NCBI GenBank assembly: GCA_963795085.1 | Contig: CAWCFX010000004.1 | Span: 384,001 to 448,000 of the forward strand | Reading direction: 5' to 3' | Source: an uncultured Gemmatimonadales bacterium | GTDB taxonomy: Bacteria > Gemmatimonadota > Gemmatimonadetes > Gemmatimonadales > GWC2-71-9 | DNA: 64,000 nucleotides | Shown here: one piece after another, positions 47,623 to 57,771 of the stretch | Numbering within the stretch: the stretch's first letter is position 1 | How the letters are laid out: each line of letters begins with the position of its first letter | Translations under genes and position numbers: made by a program | The notes under the pieces: generated by a model | The model's input: only the letters and a program-made list of their open reading frames with translations | The model's database searches: none | Told to the model about the DNA's origin: nothing

Positions 47623-48987
47623 TCAAATGACGAGCAGTCTGATTTCGGTCATTTCTTCGATGGCGTAACGGATGCCCTCCCGGCCGGTTCCCGATTGCTT
47701 GACCCCGCCGTACGGCGCGTGGTCCACCCGGAATCCGGGCACGTCATTGATGACCAGCCCGCCGACCTCGACCTGCTCGAAGGCGCGCTTGATGGTGCGG
47801 ATATCATGGGTGAAGAGCCCCGCCTGGAGCCCATAGGGGCCCCGGTTGACCTCGGCGACGGCTTCGTCGATCGCGGCGTAACGGCGGACGGTGGTGACCG
47901 GCGCGAAGATCTCCTCCGCGTTCACCCGCATCTCCGTCCGGGTGTCGAGCAGGACGGCCGGGGCGACGACAGTTCCCCGGCGGCTTCCACCGACGGCGAC
48001 CGAGGCGCCAGCCGTCACCGCCTCCGCGATCCACTCGTCGACCCGGGTGGCGTTGGCCAGGTCGATCACCGGGCCCACGTCGGTTGCCGCGTCCAGCGGA
48101 TCGCCGGTCCGGAGCGCCCGCACCGCCCGGGTGAAGCGATCCACAAACTCATGGTACACCCGCTCGTGGACCAGGATGCGCTGGGTGGAGATGCAGGATT
48201 GCCCGGCATAGATGTACCCGCCGGCGACACAGCGGGCCACCGCATGGTCCAGGTCGGCGTCCGGCTCGACGATGACGGCCGCGTTGCCCCCCAGTTCCAG
48301 CGCCACCCGCTTCATGGGCGCCCGTTGCCTGATCATCCAGCCGACCCGGGCCGACCCGGTGAAGCTGATCATGCGGATTCGGGGGTCATCGAGCAGGGGT
48401 GCGGCGTCCTCGTTGCTGCAGGGCAGGATGGAGATGGCGCCCTCGGGATAGCCGCTCCGGGCCACCATACCGGCCAGCCGCATCGTCGAGAGCGGGTCCT
48501 GCGGCGGCGGCTTCAGCACCATGGTGGCGCCGCAGGCCATGGCCGGCGCCAGTTTGTGAGCCGCCAGGAGCAGGGGAAAGTTGAAGGGCGTGATTGCCGC
48601 GATGGGCGAAAGCGGAAACCGCCGGGTCAGTCCCCAGCGGCCCTCGCCATGCGGCAGCAGGTCCATGGGAATCACCTCGCCGCCGATCCGCTTGGACTCT
48701 TCCATCCCCTGCTCGAAGACAAAGATGGTCCGGTCCAGCTCCGCCCGTGCCAGCGCCAGCGGTTTTCCCGCCTCGGCCGCCAGCAGCCGGGCCAGGTCCT
48801 CCTTCTCTTCGACCAGCGCGGCCCGGACCCGCCCCAGTGCCGCCGCCCGGGCATGGGACGGGACCGCCTGGGCCACCGGCGCCGCGGCAACGGCGGCGTC
48901 AATCGCGGCCACCACGGCTTCCCGGCCGGCGAGCGCGACTCGGCCGACCACCGAACCGTCGTAGGGACTCCGGATTTCACTGTTCAT
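47623..48987 (-). CDS. Aldehyde dehydrogenase
   Basis: ITPFNFP, FTGS, LELGGN, GQSCIS, EEIFAP, PYGGVKQSG. Confidence 0.93.
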   Translation of the reverse strand: MNSEIRSPYDGSVVGRVALAGREAVVAAIDAAVAAAPVAQAVPSHARAAALGRVRAALVEEKEDLARLLAAEAGKPLALARAELDRTIFVFEQGMEESKRIGGEVIPMDLLPHGEGRWGLTRRFPLSPIAAITPFNFPLLLAAHKLAPAMACGATMVLKPPPQDPLSTMRLAGMVARSGYPEGAISILPCSNEDAAPLLDDPRIRMISFTGSARVGWMIRQRAPMKRVALELGGNAAVIVEPDADLDHAVARCVAGGYIYAGQSCISTQRILVHERVYHEFVDRFTRAVRALRTGDPLDAATDVGPVIDLANATRVDEWIAEAVTAGASVAVGGSRRGTVVAPAVLLDTRTEMRVNAEEIFAPVTTVRRYAAIDEAVAEVNRGPYGLQAGLFTHDIRTIKRAFEQVEVGGLVINDVPGFRVDHAPYGGVKQSGTGREGIRYAIEEMTEIRLLVI

Positions 48988-50045
48988 TGACTGGCTGCCT
49001 CGATGATGCTCTCCCGGTCGCCCCGTTCCCACCGGCGGAAGATATCCTCGTCGGGCAGGGATGCGATGCGGCCCAGGATCAAGAGGGCAGGGAGGGCGTG
49101 CCCCGGGGTCTTCCACCGGGCCATCTCGACCAGGGAAGGCAGAGCCGCCGCCCGGAGCTCGTGGAGGAGGCCGGAGTCGCGTGCCTCGGTGACCTGCATC
49201 AGTGCCATGCTGGACTTGTTGCGGTCGGTCCAGACCGGGGAACTGAGCAGGGCCACCAGCGGCTCCGTCGGGACGGGGATTCGGCCTTCCGGGTGTCTTC
49301 CCCGGAATCCCGCGACCAGGGCCAGCGCCCGGATCGCGTTGTTGCGCACGGCGGGAGCCGGGTCCCGGGCGGCGTACGCCAGGTCGGCGACGATGCTCGC
49401 CTTGTCCGGATAGTACGCCAGGACCTGCGCCGCGATCGCCCGATCACGGGCCTCGGAGGACTCGCGAAGCACCGCGCGCAGGGCGTCGGAGTGCCGGGCA
49501 GCAAGGACGATAAAGTCCTCCTGCTCCGTGCGCGCCGCCGGAAACCGCATCAGGGAGTGGCCCTCCGCATCGTCCTCGGCGAACTCGCCCGCCTGCATCG
49601 CCGCGGCGAGAGCAGCCTCGAAGCGGCGGTGGGCCTCCAACACGGCGTCCGGCAGCGCCGCGCTGCCCCCGGGCTCGGAACGAAAGGAGAGACTGGCTGC
49701 CCCGGCCTCGATGATGCCGATGTAGACGATACTCCGGCCTTCCTCGCAGCAGACGACATCCAGTGTGGCGCGGGTAACCCCGGGGATGGCCTCCAGCCGA
49801 ACGAGGGCGTTCCGAAGCCCCGGCGTCACCGAGTCGCCGGCCTGGATGCCCACGGCGGCATCCACGGCGGCAGGGGAAATGGTGCGAATTCCGAAGTAAT
49901 CCACGGCGCCGACCGTCGGCATCTGGGCCGCCAGTGGGGCGGGCTGGAGCAGCGAGACAGCGGCTCCGATTCCGCAAAGGATGCCACGGGTCCTGCAGGC
50001 GACCCGGGCGACATTCTCAGCCAGCGCCTTCAGGCCAGCATTCAA
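48984..50045 (-). CDS. Exported HEAT-repeat protein
   Basis: DPAPAVRNNAIRAL and related helical repeats; 4-bp overlaps with both neighbours; start uncertain. Confidence 0.7.
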   Translation of the reverse strand: MNAGLKALAENVARVACRTRGILCGIGAAVSLLQPAPLAAQMPTVGAVDYFGIRTISPAAVDAAVGIQAGDSVTPGLRNALVRLEAIPGVTRATLDVVCCEEGRSIVYIGIIEAGAASLSFRSEPGGSAALPDAVLEAHRRFEAALAAAMQAGEFAEDDAEGHSLMRFPAARTEQEDFIVLAARHSDALRAVLRESSEARDRAIAAQVLAYYPDKASIVADLAYAARDPAPAVRNNAIRALALVAGFRGRHPEGRIPVPTEPLVALLSSPVWTDRNKSSMALMQVTEARDSGLLHELRAAALPSLVEMARWKTPGHALPALLILGRIASLPDEDIFRRWERGDRESIIEAASQ

Positions 50046-50602
50046 GAGCAGCCCTCGACATAACCCACCTCCGGCATCCGGCCGGCCCGGTACCGGGTGA
50101 CTCGGCTGCCATCCGTTTCGAAAATGATGCGGAGTCCGGAATCGGGCGGGGTGCTCTCCCCGACCACCAGGTAGTGGCCATCGGTGTACTTGTGCGGCTG
50201 GACCGTCAGGCCGGGATAGAGTTCGAGGATGCGCTGCTCCGGATCGCCGATGCGGGCGCCCTCGCGGGTCCCGATAGTGCTGTCCTCGATGTTGACTCTG
50301 GCGATCCGGTCATGGGCGGTGAGAAAGCTGACCGGGCTGCCGGCGGAGTCGCCCGCGAAATAGACGTAGCCGCACTCCTCGGAACTGCCGGTAAGCGGGG
50401 CGCCGAATGCCTTGCCGCCCGCCGCGGCTGCCTCGGCCAGGGTCATCCCGGCGTGAATGGGTCCATAGCCCTCCGGGGTCACGGACCACGCGACGGGAGC
50501 GGCCGGGGGGGCCTCGCCGGAGGGCGGGCGGGGCGCTTCCTTCGACTGGCAGGCGGAGAGGATCGTCAGTACGGCGAGAGCCAGCATCCTGGCGGGGTTC
50601 AT
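50042..50602 (-). CDS. Hypothetical lipoprotein
   Basis: LSAC lipobox; GYGPIHAGMT, PHKY, C-terminal EGCS. Confidence 0.7.
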   Translation of the reverse strand: MNPARMLALAVLTILSACQSKEAPRPPSGEAPPAAPVAWSVTPEGYGPIHAGMTLAEAAAAGGKAFGAPLTGSSEECGYVYFAGDSAGSPVSFLTAHDRIARVNIEDSTIGTREGARIGDPEQRILELYPGLTVQPHKYTDGHYLVVGESTPPDSGLRIIFETDGSRVTRYRAGRMPEVGYVEGCS

Positions 50603-50700
50603 GTGCAGCCTTGAATTCACGAGGTCCGGACCCAACCGGGGTGGCTCGGTCCCGCTGAACTATATGCGTTCGCGGGCCCGGGGATCAACCAGCGCTCCCC

Positions 50701-51033
50701 TCACATCATGGTAAAGAGATTCCAGGCGCCGAGGGCGGAAGCCATGACCAGGAGAATGGTCGCGCTCAATGCCCAGGGACCGGGGGGGAACCGGCGGCGG
50801 GCCAGCCGTGCCAGCAGGATGGCCACGACGCACCCGGCCAGGGAGAGGAGCGCGATCAGCTGGGCCGACCGCCACGAATACGGAAACCCTGCGAAGAACA
50901 ACCGCTGCAGTTCCACTGGGGGAAGCGCCTTGTCGAACACCATGATCCAGTGTGCAAAGGCGTACACTGGAAAGGCAAAGGCGGCGACCGCGGCCAGCAG
51001 CATGATGCGGGACGCGCGGTCGCGTACCTCCAT
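50701..51033 (-). CDS. Small membrane protein (about 3 TM)
   Basis: Three hydrophobic segments; co-oriented with neighbours. Confidence 0.6.
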   Translation of the reverse strand: MEVRDRASRIMLLAAVAAFAFPVYAFAHWIMVFDKALPPVELQRLFFAGFPYSWRSAQLIALLSLAGCVVAILLARLARRRFPPGPWALSATILLVMASALGAWNLFTMM

Positions 51034-51038
51034 GGGTC

Positions 51039-51506
51039 CTACTGTCCCCGGGTGCCGCGGGCCCGAAGCTGGACCACCGAATCGGCAGCCGTCGTCGCGT
51101 AGTGCGCTACGACGTTACTGATCATCCGGTCGCCGCGAAGCCGGGACACCAGGGAGACGCTGACCGGTACGCCGGGGCGCAGCGCGCTCGTGTAGGGCCC
51201 CGCTTCGGCGACGATGCTGTCTCCCGCCACGTGGAGAATGCGCATCGGGACCGGATCGGTCCGGTCGGGGAAGATGATCGACCAGCCGGTGGTATCCGCC
51301 GTAGCGATCAGCTGATAGGTCAGCAGCGTGGTGTCCTGACCGGCCGGGCCCAGCTGCATGGTCCAGGTGCCCGCCACGTCGGTCAGAGTAATGGGGGCGG
51401 GGGCAGCGGGTGCCATACTGGTCGAGTCCGCGGCCGGCTTGGCCTCCTCCTTGGAACAGGCGGCCACCAGGGCCACCACCATCAGCAACTGGATCGAACG
51501 TCTCAT
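51039..51506 (-). CDS. Hypothetical lipoprotein
   Basis: GAGGAG RBS; VAAC lipobox; DVAGTW. Confidence 0.72.
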   Translation of the reverse strand: MRRSIQLLMVVALVAACSKEEAKPAADSTSMAPAAPAPITLTDVAGTWTMQLGPAGQDTTLLTYQLIATADTTGWSIIFPDRTDPVPMRILHVAGDSIVAEAGPYTSALRPGVPVSVSLVSRLRGDRMISNVVAHYATTAADSVVQLRARGTRGQ

Positions 51507-51569
51507 CGGGAACTCCTCGGGGTTGGGGGGACTGGGAGGGATGATACCGGTCCCGCGGGTTTCCGCAAG

Positions 51570-51977
51570 TCAGGGGCGCAGCGAGTCGGAGACCGGTGGC
51601 TGCGGCACATACCCGGCCTCGAAACGGAACCTGAACGAGGACTGGTCCTCCAGCCGCCTCGGCACGATGGTAACCAGCCGGATAGTCTTCCCTGGCGGCA
51701 CCACGGGGCCCGGCCGGTGAACCTTGCAGGTCCGGCTCGAGATGTTGGCGCATTCGAAGACTTCGTACGACAAGACCTGGATCTCCCGTGTCGAGTTGTT
51801 CCGGAGCATAACGCTCTGCTCACTCACCCCGTGGGTGGTCTCCACCCAGTACGTCAGGGCGGCTATCGCGGCCGCCCTGGCCTGGACCGCGCTGTCCGGC
51901 CGGGTATAGACCTGGGCCAACCCGGGCGATATGCAGAGTACAGGGGTGATACTGAGCGCGACGAGCGCGGTGCGCAT
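51570..51977 (-). CDS. Hypothetical secreted protein
   Basis: Signal peptide, beta-rich sequence with a Cys pair; ATG 4 bp after the upstream stop. Confidence 0.6.
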   Translation of the reverse strand: MRTALVALSITPVLCISPGLAQVYTRPDSAVQARAAAIAALTYWVETTHGVSEQSVMLRNNSTREIQVLSYEVFECANISSRTCKVHRPGPVVPPGKTIRLVTIVPRRLEDQSSFRFRFEAGYVPQPPVSDSLRP

Positions 51978-51981
51978 GACG

Positions 51982-53898
51982 TCAGGCCTCCCGCGTCCTG
52001 GCTTGCCGGTGATACAGGTAGGCAATGCCGAGCGACACGACGCCGAGAATGAGCACGGAGCCGACCCGGTACAGCGCGTCCAGCGTGGAGAGATCGAACA
52101 CCACCACCTTCAGGACCGCCATGCCCGCCACCGCCAGGCCGGCGATCCGCACCGTTTTTCTATTCCGTCCGAATCCGAACAGCACCAGCCCCGCCGCGAA
52201 CGCAATCCACCACGCGCTCACCCCCAGGCCGCTGGCCAGTGCGGCGGTGGGCTGGGGCAGCGTACTCTGCTGAAAGTATCGGTGCAGTTCCCCGGTAACG
52301 CCGAAGAGAAGCGCCAGTCCGGACGCCGCCCAGCAGAAAGCCGAGACGCCGGTGACCACGTCCGGTCCGGGTTCCGGTTCCCGGCGCCAGAGGCCGGCGC
52401 CGTATGCCGCCAGGGCTACCGTGGTGGCCCACAGGGCCAGGGCCCAGTCATCCCGGAACGCGGGCGAGGCGCCCGTGCGGGCCGGCAGATCCAGGTGGAG
52501 CAGGTGAACGACGGCGGTCACCAGGGCGAGCAGCCCGTACCAGCGTCCATCGGTCCGGCGCAAGGGATGATCGAGGGCGGCCCAGAGGACCGCCGCCGCC
52601 AGCGCCGCCCAGGTTGCCGCGAGCCCCTCCCACTGAAGGAGGATTCCGGCCAGGACCGCGGTGGTGCCGACCAGTGCGAACCGAACCCGGACCGCCTGGT
52701 AGCCCGCGAGCAGGTAGGGGATGGCCACCATCATCGCCACCAGTCCCCCGTTCCGGTCGAACGCCGCGGGCGCCACCTGGTAGGTTGCCCAGGCGAGGAG
52801 AACCGGCGTCAGGTAGAAATAGAAAGTCTCTCCCGATGACTGATCGCCCGGCGTAGTACTCTCCGCGGAAGGCCAGATCCGAACGGAATGGAACCCTCGC
52901 CACCACACCGGCGCCGCCAGGACGATGGCGCCCGCCAGCGTCAACCCGGGGTTCTCCATGCTCTGGTTGGCGAGAGCCAGCAGGCTCCACCCGCCCGAGA
53001 AGGCCAGGATCCGGGTTTCCCACCACCCTTCCCGGAGCCCGACATAGAGACCGGCGCTCCCGCCGAACAAGGCATAGGCGAGCATCAGGTGGGGATCGGC
53101 GGACTCGGCGGCGCGGGGCAGGACCTGGCCGAAATAGCTGGCGGCCACCACCACCATGGTCATCCGCCACTGGCGGCGGGCGGAAACCCAGCCCATGGCG
53201 ATTCCCATGAACCCGAGGTAGAGCAGCAGGGTATTGACGTCGGCCGCCGATTGGCCGAGAAGAGCGGGGGCGAAAAACGCACCGAGTGCCGCCGTGGCGC
53301 CCAGGGCCTCGACATTGATCAGGTAAGCGATGGCGGCCAGGGAGAGGGACACCAGCGCGAGGCCCACGATCGCGGTGGCGGGCGGCAGGAACCCGTAGAG
53401 CCGGGCGGCGGCCCATACGGCCAGGTAAATGATTGCGGCGCCGCAGCCGATCAGCGCGGCGCCATAGGTGAAGAGTCCCTTCCGGTGGAGCCGGTGGCCG
53501 AGCGCGCCGACCCCGAGACCGGCCAGAGCGCCACCGGCGCAGCGGGTCGCCGGAGAGATCCAGTCGCGATCGAAGGAAAGTTTGAGCAGGTAGCCCGCGG
53601 CGAGAATCACGAAGACGACCCCGACCGCGAGCAGCCCCCGCTGGCCGAACCACTGCTCACCGTCAACCGGTGGGCGAGCGGCGGGAGTGGGCACCTGAGC
53701 GGCTAGCGCTCGGTAATCAGCCTGTCCCGGGGCCGCCGGGGGCGGAGTTGCCGCCGTCGGGGTCCCCGGTCCCCCTGATCTCCCTGTCCCCTGCGAAGGC
53801 TTGCTTCGCAGGGGACCCTGGGCCACCAGTTGGCGCACCAGGCCTTCCAGGACGCTGAGACGCTGTTCCAGCTTCTCCAGCCGTTCGTCGCTGGTCAT
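51982..53898 (-). CDS. DUF2339-like multi-pass membrane protein
   Basis: N-terminal coiled coil, EQWFGQRGLLAVG, many TMs, KVVVFDLSTLDALYRVGS. Confidence 0.8.
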   Translation of the reverse strand: MTSDERLEKLEQRLSVLEGLVRQLVAQGPLRSKPSQGTGRSGGPGTPTAATPPPAAPGQADYRALAAQVPTPAARPPVDGEQWFGQRGLLAVGVVFVILAAGYLLKLSFDRDWISPATRCAGGALAGLGVGALGHRLHRKGLFTYGAALIGCGAAIIYLAVWAAARLYGFLPPATAIVGLALVSLSLAAIAYLINVEALGATAALGAFFAPALLGQSAADVNTLLLYLGFMGIAMGWVSARRQWRMTMVVVAASYFGQVLPRAAESADPHLMLAYALFGGSAGLYVGLREGWWETRILAFSGGWSLLALANQSMENPGLTLAGAIVLAAPVWWRGFHSVRIWPSAESTTPGDQSSGETFYFYLTPVLLAWATYQVAPAAFDRNGGLVAMMVAIPYLLAGYQAVRVRFALVGTTAVLAGILLQWEGLAATWAALAAAVLWAALDHPLRRTDGRWYGLLALVTAVVHLLHLDLPARTGASPAFRDDWALALWATTVALAAYGAGLWRREPEPGPDVVTGVSAFCWAASGLALLFGVTGELHRYFQQSTLPQPTAALASGLGVSAWWIAFAAGLVLFGFGRNRKTVRIAGLAVAGMAVLKVVVFDLSTLDALYRVGSVLILGVVSLGIAYLYHRQARTREA

Positions 53899-54031
53899 GG
53901 GCTGCCCGGGTTAACCCCGCCGGTGAGCAGGGGTCGAAGATGAGGGCGTGCAGGGGAGTCGGTCCAATATCGTGGAAATGCATCCCCGGGGAAAGCGCCA
54001 GAGGCCGCGCCGTCCGGTTCGCACGACCGGC

Positions 54032-54060
54032 TTGACACCATGTCCGGCGGTTCCTATGGT
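54032..54060 (+). promoter_or_regulatory. Sigma-70-type promoter
   Basis: TTGACA-17 bp-TATGGT. Confidence 0.7.
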
Positions 54061-54098
54061 TGACGTCGGGCTGAAGACATTTCACGGAGACCTGAATC

Positions 54099-54191
54099 AT
54101 GCTGCTGCCGGTGCACCGCTCGCTTCGTTCGACTTTGCCGGGAGAGAACCTGAGTGCCCAGGCCGGCAATTGCCTGAACGAGGAGCCCTGA
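54099..54191 (+). CDS. Putative 30-aa leader peptide or small protein MLLPVHRSLRSTLPGENLSAQAGNCLNEEP
   Basis: GGAG 9 nt upstream of ATG; lies between the promoter and the terminator. Confidence 0.4.
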   Translation: MLLPVHRSLRSTLPGENLSAQAGNCLNEEP

Positions 54192-54227
54192 ACCGTCAGT
54201 CCGCTGGTGGCATTCGCGATCCCTGCG

Positions 54228-54260
54228 CCCCGTCGGAGTTGACTCCGGCGGGGTTTTCTG
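54228..54260 (+). terminator. Intrinsic terminator
   Basis: CCCCGTCGGAG-TTGA-CTCCGGCGGGG followed by TTTTCTG. Confidence 0.8.
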
Positions 54261-54372
54261 TTGTACGGTTGACCTGCTCGAGACTGGGGGAGGGGTGAGC
54301 ACCGGCGACCGGCGATAGGCGGTCAGCGATCGGCGTTCTACCACGAGGCATCTCTACACGAGGCATCTCCAT

Positions 54373-55176
54373 ATGAAGCAGTACCTGCTGGCGAGCGATT
54401 TTGACCAAACGTTGAGTTTCAACGACTCGGGGATCGTACTAAGCGAGCTGCTGGGAATTACGGGATTCGAAGAAAAGACCCGGGGCCTCGCCGAGGTCCA
54501 CCTGGTTCAGCAGGGCGCCGAACTGGCATACCTGCTCCTGCACGACCCTGAGTATCGCCGGGTACGGCGGGAGGACCTGCTGGCGGTTGGCAAGCGGATC
54601 CGGCTCAAGCTGAACCTGCGCCTGCTGTCCCGCCTGCTGGAACGGGTGGACGGATACCGGTTCGCATTCTACGTCATCTCGGCCGCGCCCGAAGAGGTCA
54701 TTCAGTCCGCACTGGAGGGGATTATTCCTCCCGACCGGATTCACGGGACCCGCTTTCGATACAGCCCCGCCACCGGGGAGATCGAATCGATTGCCAGGGT
54801 CGCTGCGGGGTACGGGAAGGTGGCGGTGGTGGACGAATTGCGAACGCAGCTGGGCGTGGGCCCCGACCGCCTGATCTACGTGGGAGACGGCAGTTCCGAC
54901 GTGCACGTCATGCTCCACGTCAACCGTCTGGGAGGGCTCACCGTGGCGGTGTCCGAGAACGACTACCTCGCGCCCATCGCCCGCCGGACTATCCTGAGCG
55001 ACGATGCGCTGAGCGTGATGGTCCCCATCCTGGAGGAGGTCGTCGGCCTCGATGCGCGGGGCATTCGCGACCTGTACGAATCCCACGGCTTCGTGTTGCA
55101 GGAATGGAACAAAGTACGGCGGGATTCGCTCACCATCCGGGAGACCGGGGCGCTGCCCCGGATGATTGCGGGATGA
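54373..55176 (+). CDS. HAD-superfamily hydrolase (type IB-like)
   Basis: SDFDQT motif I, VISAA motif [13 protein letters not shown] motif IV. Confidence 0.85.
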   Translation: MKQYLLASDFDQTLSFNDSGIVLSELLGITGFEEKTRGLAEVHLVQQGAELAYLLLHDPEYRRVRREDLLAVGKRIRLKLNLRLLSRLLERVDGYRFAFYVISAAPEEVIQSALEGIIPPDRIHGTRFRYSPATGEIESIARVAAGYGKVAVVDELRTQLGVGPDRLIYVGDGSSDVHVMLHVNRLGGLTVAVSENDYLAPIARRTILSDDALSVMVPILEEVVGLDARGIRDLYESHGFVLQEWNKVRRDSLTIRETGALPRMIAG

Positions 55177-55409
55177 CCGACGCGGTCGGCTGGGCGGCCA
55201 GCGCCGCGTTCCTCTCGTCCTACTTCTTCCGCAGCCCGGCGGCGCTGCGCCGGGTGCAGGCCGGGGCCGCGCTGCTCTGGGCGACCTACGGCATCCTGCT
55301 CGGCGCCAAGCCGATCATCGTGACCAACCTGCTGGTGGCCGGGGTGGCGCTGTGGTCGTCGTTCCGGAAGGGCGGTGGGGAAGAAGGGCCGGCGGGCGAG
55401 GCCGCCTGA
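55173..55409 (+). CDS. Small 3-TM membrane protein (YgjV/SemiSWEET-like)
   Basis: ATGA overlap; [18 protein letters not shown]. Confidence 0.68.
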   Translation: MTDAVGWAASAAFLSSYFFRSPAALRRVQAGAALLWATYGILLGAKPIIVTNLLVAGVALWSSFRKGGGEEGPAGEAA

Positions 55410-55433
55410 GACCAGTACCGCGCGGTTTGCCGC

Positions 55434-57365
55434 TCACATCAGCGCATCGCGCACCTCGGCCGCACTGGCGATCGCGATATCCACGTCCTTGGAGAGGGCC
55501 CGGGCCTGCTGGGTCGCGTGGGTGAGGTCGCCGAGGGCGCTGCCGGAATCCGAGGAGCGGAGCCGAAGCAGGTCGAACCGGACGTTCTGCATCGCCAGGA
55601 GGCAGCTGTCCATGTGCTTCGCCACCTGGCTCCGGCGGTCCTGCAGCTCCACGATCTTGCGCTTCTTGCTTTCCAGGAGCGACAGGCGCCGGGTTTTCTC
55701 CTCGTCTTCCGGTTCCCGCTCGATCGCGGAGATCCGCTCGTCAATGCCCACCAGCTCCCGGGTATCCAGGTTGGTGTCCATGGCGTGAAGGGTGCGGGCC
55801 AGGTCGGCGGCGCGGTTGTAGAGTCCGTCCACCGTGTGGATCACGTCGTCCGGCAGCATCGCCCGCTCGGCCGGCGAGAGCCGCTCGACCAGCTTGAGGA
55901 TCGCCGCGCGGTCGGTGTAGGCCTGCTGGATCGCGGGGTACTGCATGCCGAACTCGCCGGCCCGGGGCGCCGACAGCGTGCGCTGCTGCGCCTTGCTCCC
56001 CCGCCCCAGCGCCCGGTCCATGGAGTCGTGGGCTACCGGGCGGTTGAACACATCCCGCCAGCTGTACCCTAGCTGCCAGAGCTTGGCGTAGTCCTTGAGG
56101 AGCCCGATTCCCATGCCGCCGGCCACGAAGAGGAACCAGGGCGCATCGAGGCCGGTGGCGATATTGATCATGAAGCAGCCGCCGGAGGTCGCGGCCCAGG
56201 TGGCGAACCGGTGGCGTACCTTCTGGACAATCTCCGGCTCCCCGGTGTCGGGGATCTGGTTTTCTTCTTCGTCCTTTTTCTTGCGGGGCTGCCGGCCGCG
56301 GTCGCGCCGAGCCGGGTAGCCGGGCCGGCCCCATTCTTCGTCCATCCGGTCGCGGGCCCGCTCCAGCGGGGCGTGCGACCGGGCTGGGGGGCGGGGGGAG
56401 GTCGGCCGGCGGGCGCCGGTGCCGGGCCGCTCGCTGCCGGTGGACCGGCGCGGCGGTAGGGCCGTGCCGGGGCGCCGGGTCTGGCTGGTGGGCCGGTAGC
56501 CGGTGACGGTACGGTTCTCCAGCGAACGCCGCAGGGCATCCGCCGTGGGCCAGCGATTCTCCGGGTCTTTCTCGAGGCAGCGGGCGATGGCCAGGGCGAG
56601 GTCTTCCGGAATGTCGTCCCGCTTGGCCGAGACCATCGGCGCCGGCTCGGTGATCTGCTTCATCAGGATGCCGGCCACCGTGGGGGCCGTGAAGGGCAGC
56701 TCGCCGGTCGCCATCTGGTAGGCGACCACCCCGAGGCTGTAGATATCGGAGCGCCCGTCGATCTCTTTCTCTCCGGCGGCCTGTTCCGGGCTCATGAACG
56801 AGGGGGTGCCGATGGCGACGCCGGCGCTGGTCAGGGTGCCGCCGCCCACCGATGACAGCGCCTTGGCGATCCCGAAATCGGTCACCATTACCCGGCCACG
56901 GGTGCCTTCGAGCAGGATGTTGTCCGGCTTGATGTCCCTGTGGATGATGGCCAGGCCATGCGCGGCGGAGAGGGCATCGGCCGTCTCCTTCATGATGCGG
57001 CGCACTTCCTCCGGCGGCAGGTTGCCCCGCCGCTGGATCCGGCTGGAAAGCGACTCGCCATCCACGTAGCCCATGATGAAATAGACGAGGGAGCTGCCTT
57101 CGCCGACCGTGTAGATGGGCACCACATGAGGATGGGAGAGCCGGGCTGCGGTCTGGGCCTCCCGGCTGAAACGCTCCCGGATGTCGGCCTGGTAGGCCAG
57201 CTCGGGGGGGAGGACCTTGATGGCGACCCGGCGTTTGAGCTTCTCGTCCCGGGCCCGGTAGACTACGCCCATACCCCCACGCCCGATCTCTCCCTCAATG
57301 GTATAGGCGGAACCAAGCGCCTCATTGAGACGGACGGGAAGCGGTTTTTGAGTGGGGTCGGTCAT
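55434..57365 (-). CDS. Ser/Thr protein kinase with 2TM-like hairpin and C-terminal coiled coil
   Basis: GRGGMGVVY, VAIKVL, HRDIKPDN, DFG, GTPSFMSPE; MINIATGLDAPWFLFVAGGMGIGL. Confidence 0.92.
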   Translation of the reverse strand: MTDPTQKPLPVRLNEALGSAYTIEGEIGRGGMGVVYRARDEKLKRRVAIKVLPPELAYQADIRERFSREAQTAARLSHPHVVPIYTVGEGSSLVYFIMGYVDGESLSSRIQRRGNLPPEEVRRIMKETADALSAAHGLAIIHRDIKPDNILLEGTRGRVMVTDFGIAKALSSVGGGTLTSAGVAIGTPSFMSPEQAAGEKEIDGRSDIYSLGVVAYQMATGELPFTAPTVAGILMKQITEPAPMVSAKRDDIPEDLALAIARCLEKDPENRWPTADALRRSLENRTVTGYRPTSQTRRPGTALPPRRSTGSERPGTGARRPTSPRPPARSHAPLERARDRMDEEWGRPGYPARRDRGRQPRKKKDEEENQIPDTGEPEIVQKVRHRFATWAATSGGCFMINIATGLDAPWFLFVAGGMGIGLLKDYAKLWQLGYSWRDVFNRPVAHDSMDRALGRGSKAQQRTLSAPRAGEFGMQYPAIQQAYTDRAAILKLVERLSPAERAMLPDDVIHTVDGLYNRAADLARTLHAMDTNLDTRELVGIDERISAIEREPEDEEKTRRLSLLESKKRKIVELQDRRSQVAKHMDSCLLAMQNVRFDLLRLRSSDSGSALGDLTHATQQARALSKDVDIAIASAAEVRDALM

Positions 57366-57424
57366 TCGGGTATCCGCATCACAAGCATAGATTTAGCATG
57401 AAGATGGCTCACTGGCAACTGGAA

Positions 57425-57555
57425 AAGGGGGCCAGGGGGTCAGAGGGCTAGGGGGCAAGGTGGCAAGGAGGACAGGAGGAGCCAGTTCAACTCATCGGCG
57501 GGCCTCGCTTCCCTTGCCCTCTTGCCCCCCTTGCTTCTGACCCCCTTCTTCCCCG
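57425..57555. repeat. Degenerate GGGGCAA-type octamer runs in inverted arrangement
   Basis: GGGGGCCA/GGGGGTCA/GGGGGCAA/GGTGGCAA, then CTTGCCCT/CTTGCCCC/CTGACCCCC. Confidence 0.65.
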
Positions 57556-57691
57556 CCTCTTTGGCAGCCCCCGCTACAGCGGGCCCTGCGTCACATCCTG
57601 TTCCGGAGGCCCGGGCCACTTTGTTTCGTAACCAATAAGCCCTTGCCGGCGTTATCTATAGAGTGTTCCGAGTCTCCGGTGGCAGTCGACG

Positions 57692-57707
57692 TGGCACATG
57701 AGGTGCA
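57692..57707 (+). promoter_or_regulatory. Possible sigma-54 promoter of lon
   Basis: TGGCAC-ATGAG-GTGCA (one mismatch to TGGCAC-N5-TTGCA). Confidence 0.45.
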
Positions 57708-57771
57708 AAGGAGTAGCGCCTTAGAGATCCTGACTGCCAGAATCATCTATTTGAGGAAGTGATACCACGCA

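Noticed and set aside
54060..54230. TPP, glycine or ZTP riboswitch
   Set aside because: Only short fragments resemble the consensus (GCTGA...ACCTGA; GGAGAGA; GCCTGGGCA on the minus strand); required pairing elements are missing.
57679..57710. CIRCE operator upstream of lon
   Set aside because: Does not fit TTAGCACTC-N9-GAGTGCTAA in spacing or second arm.
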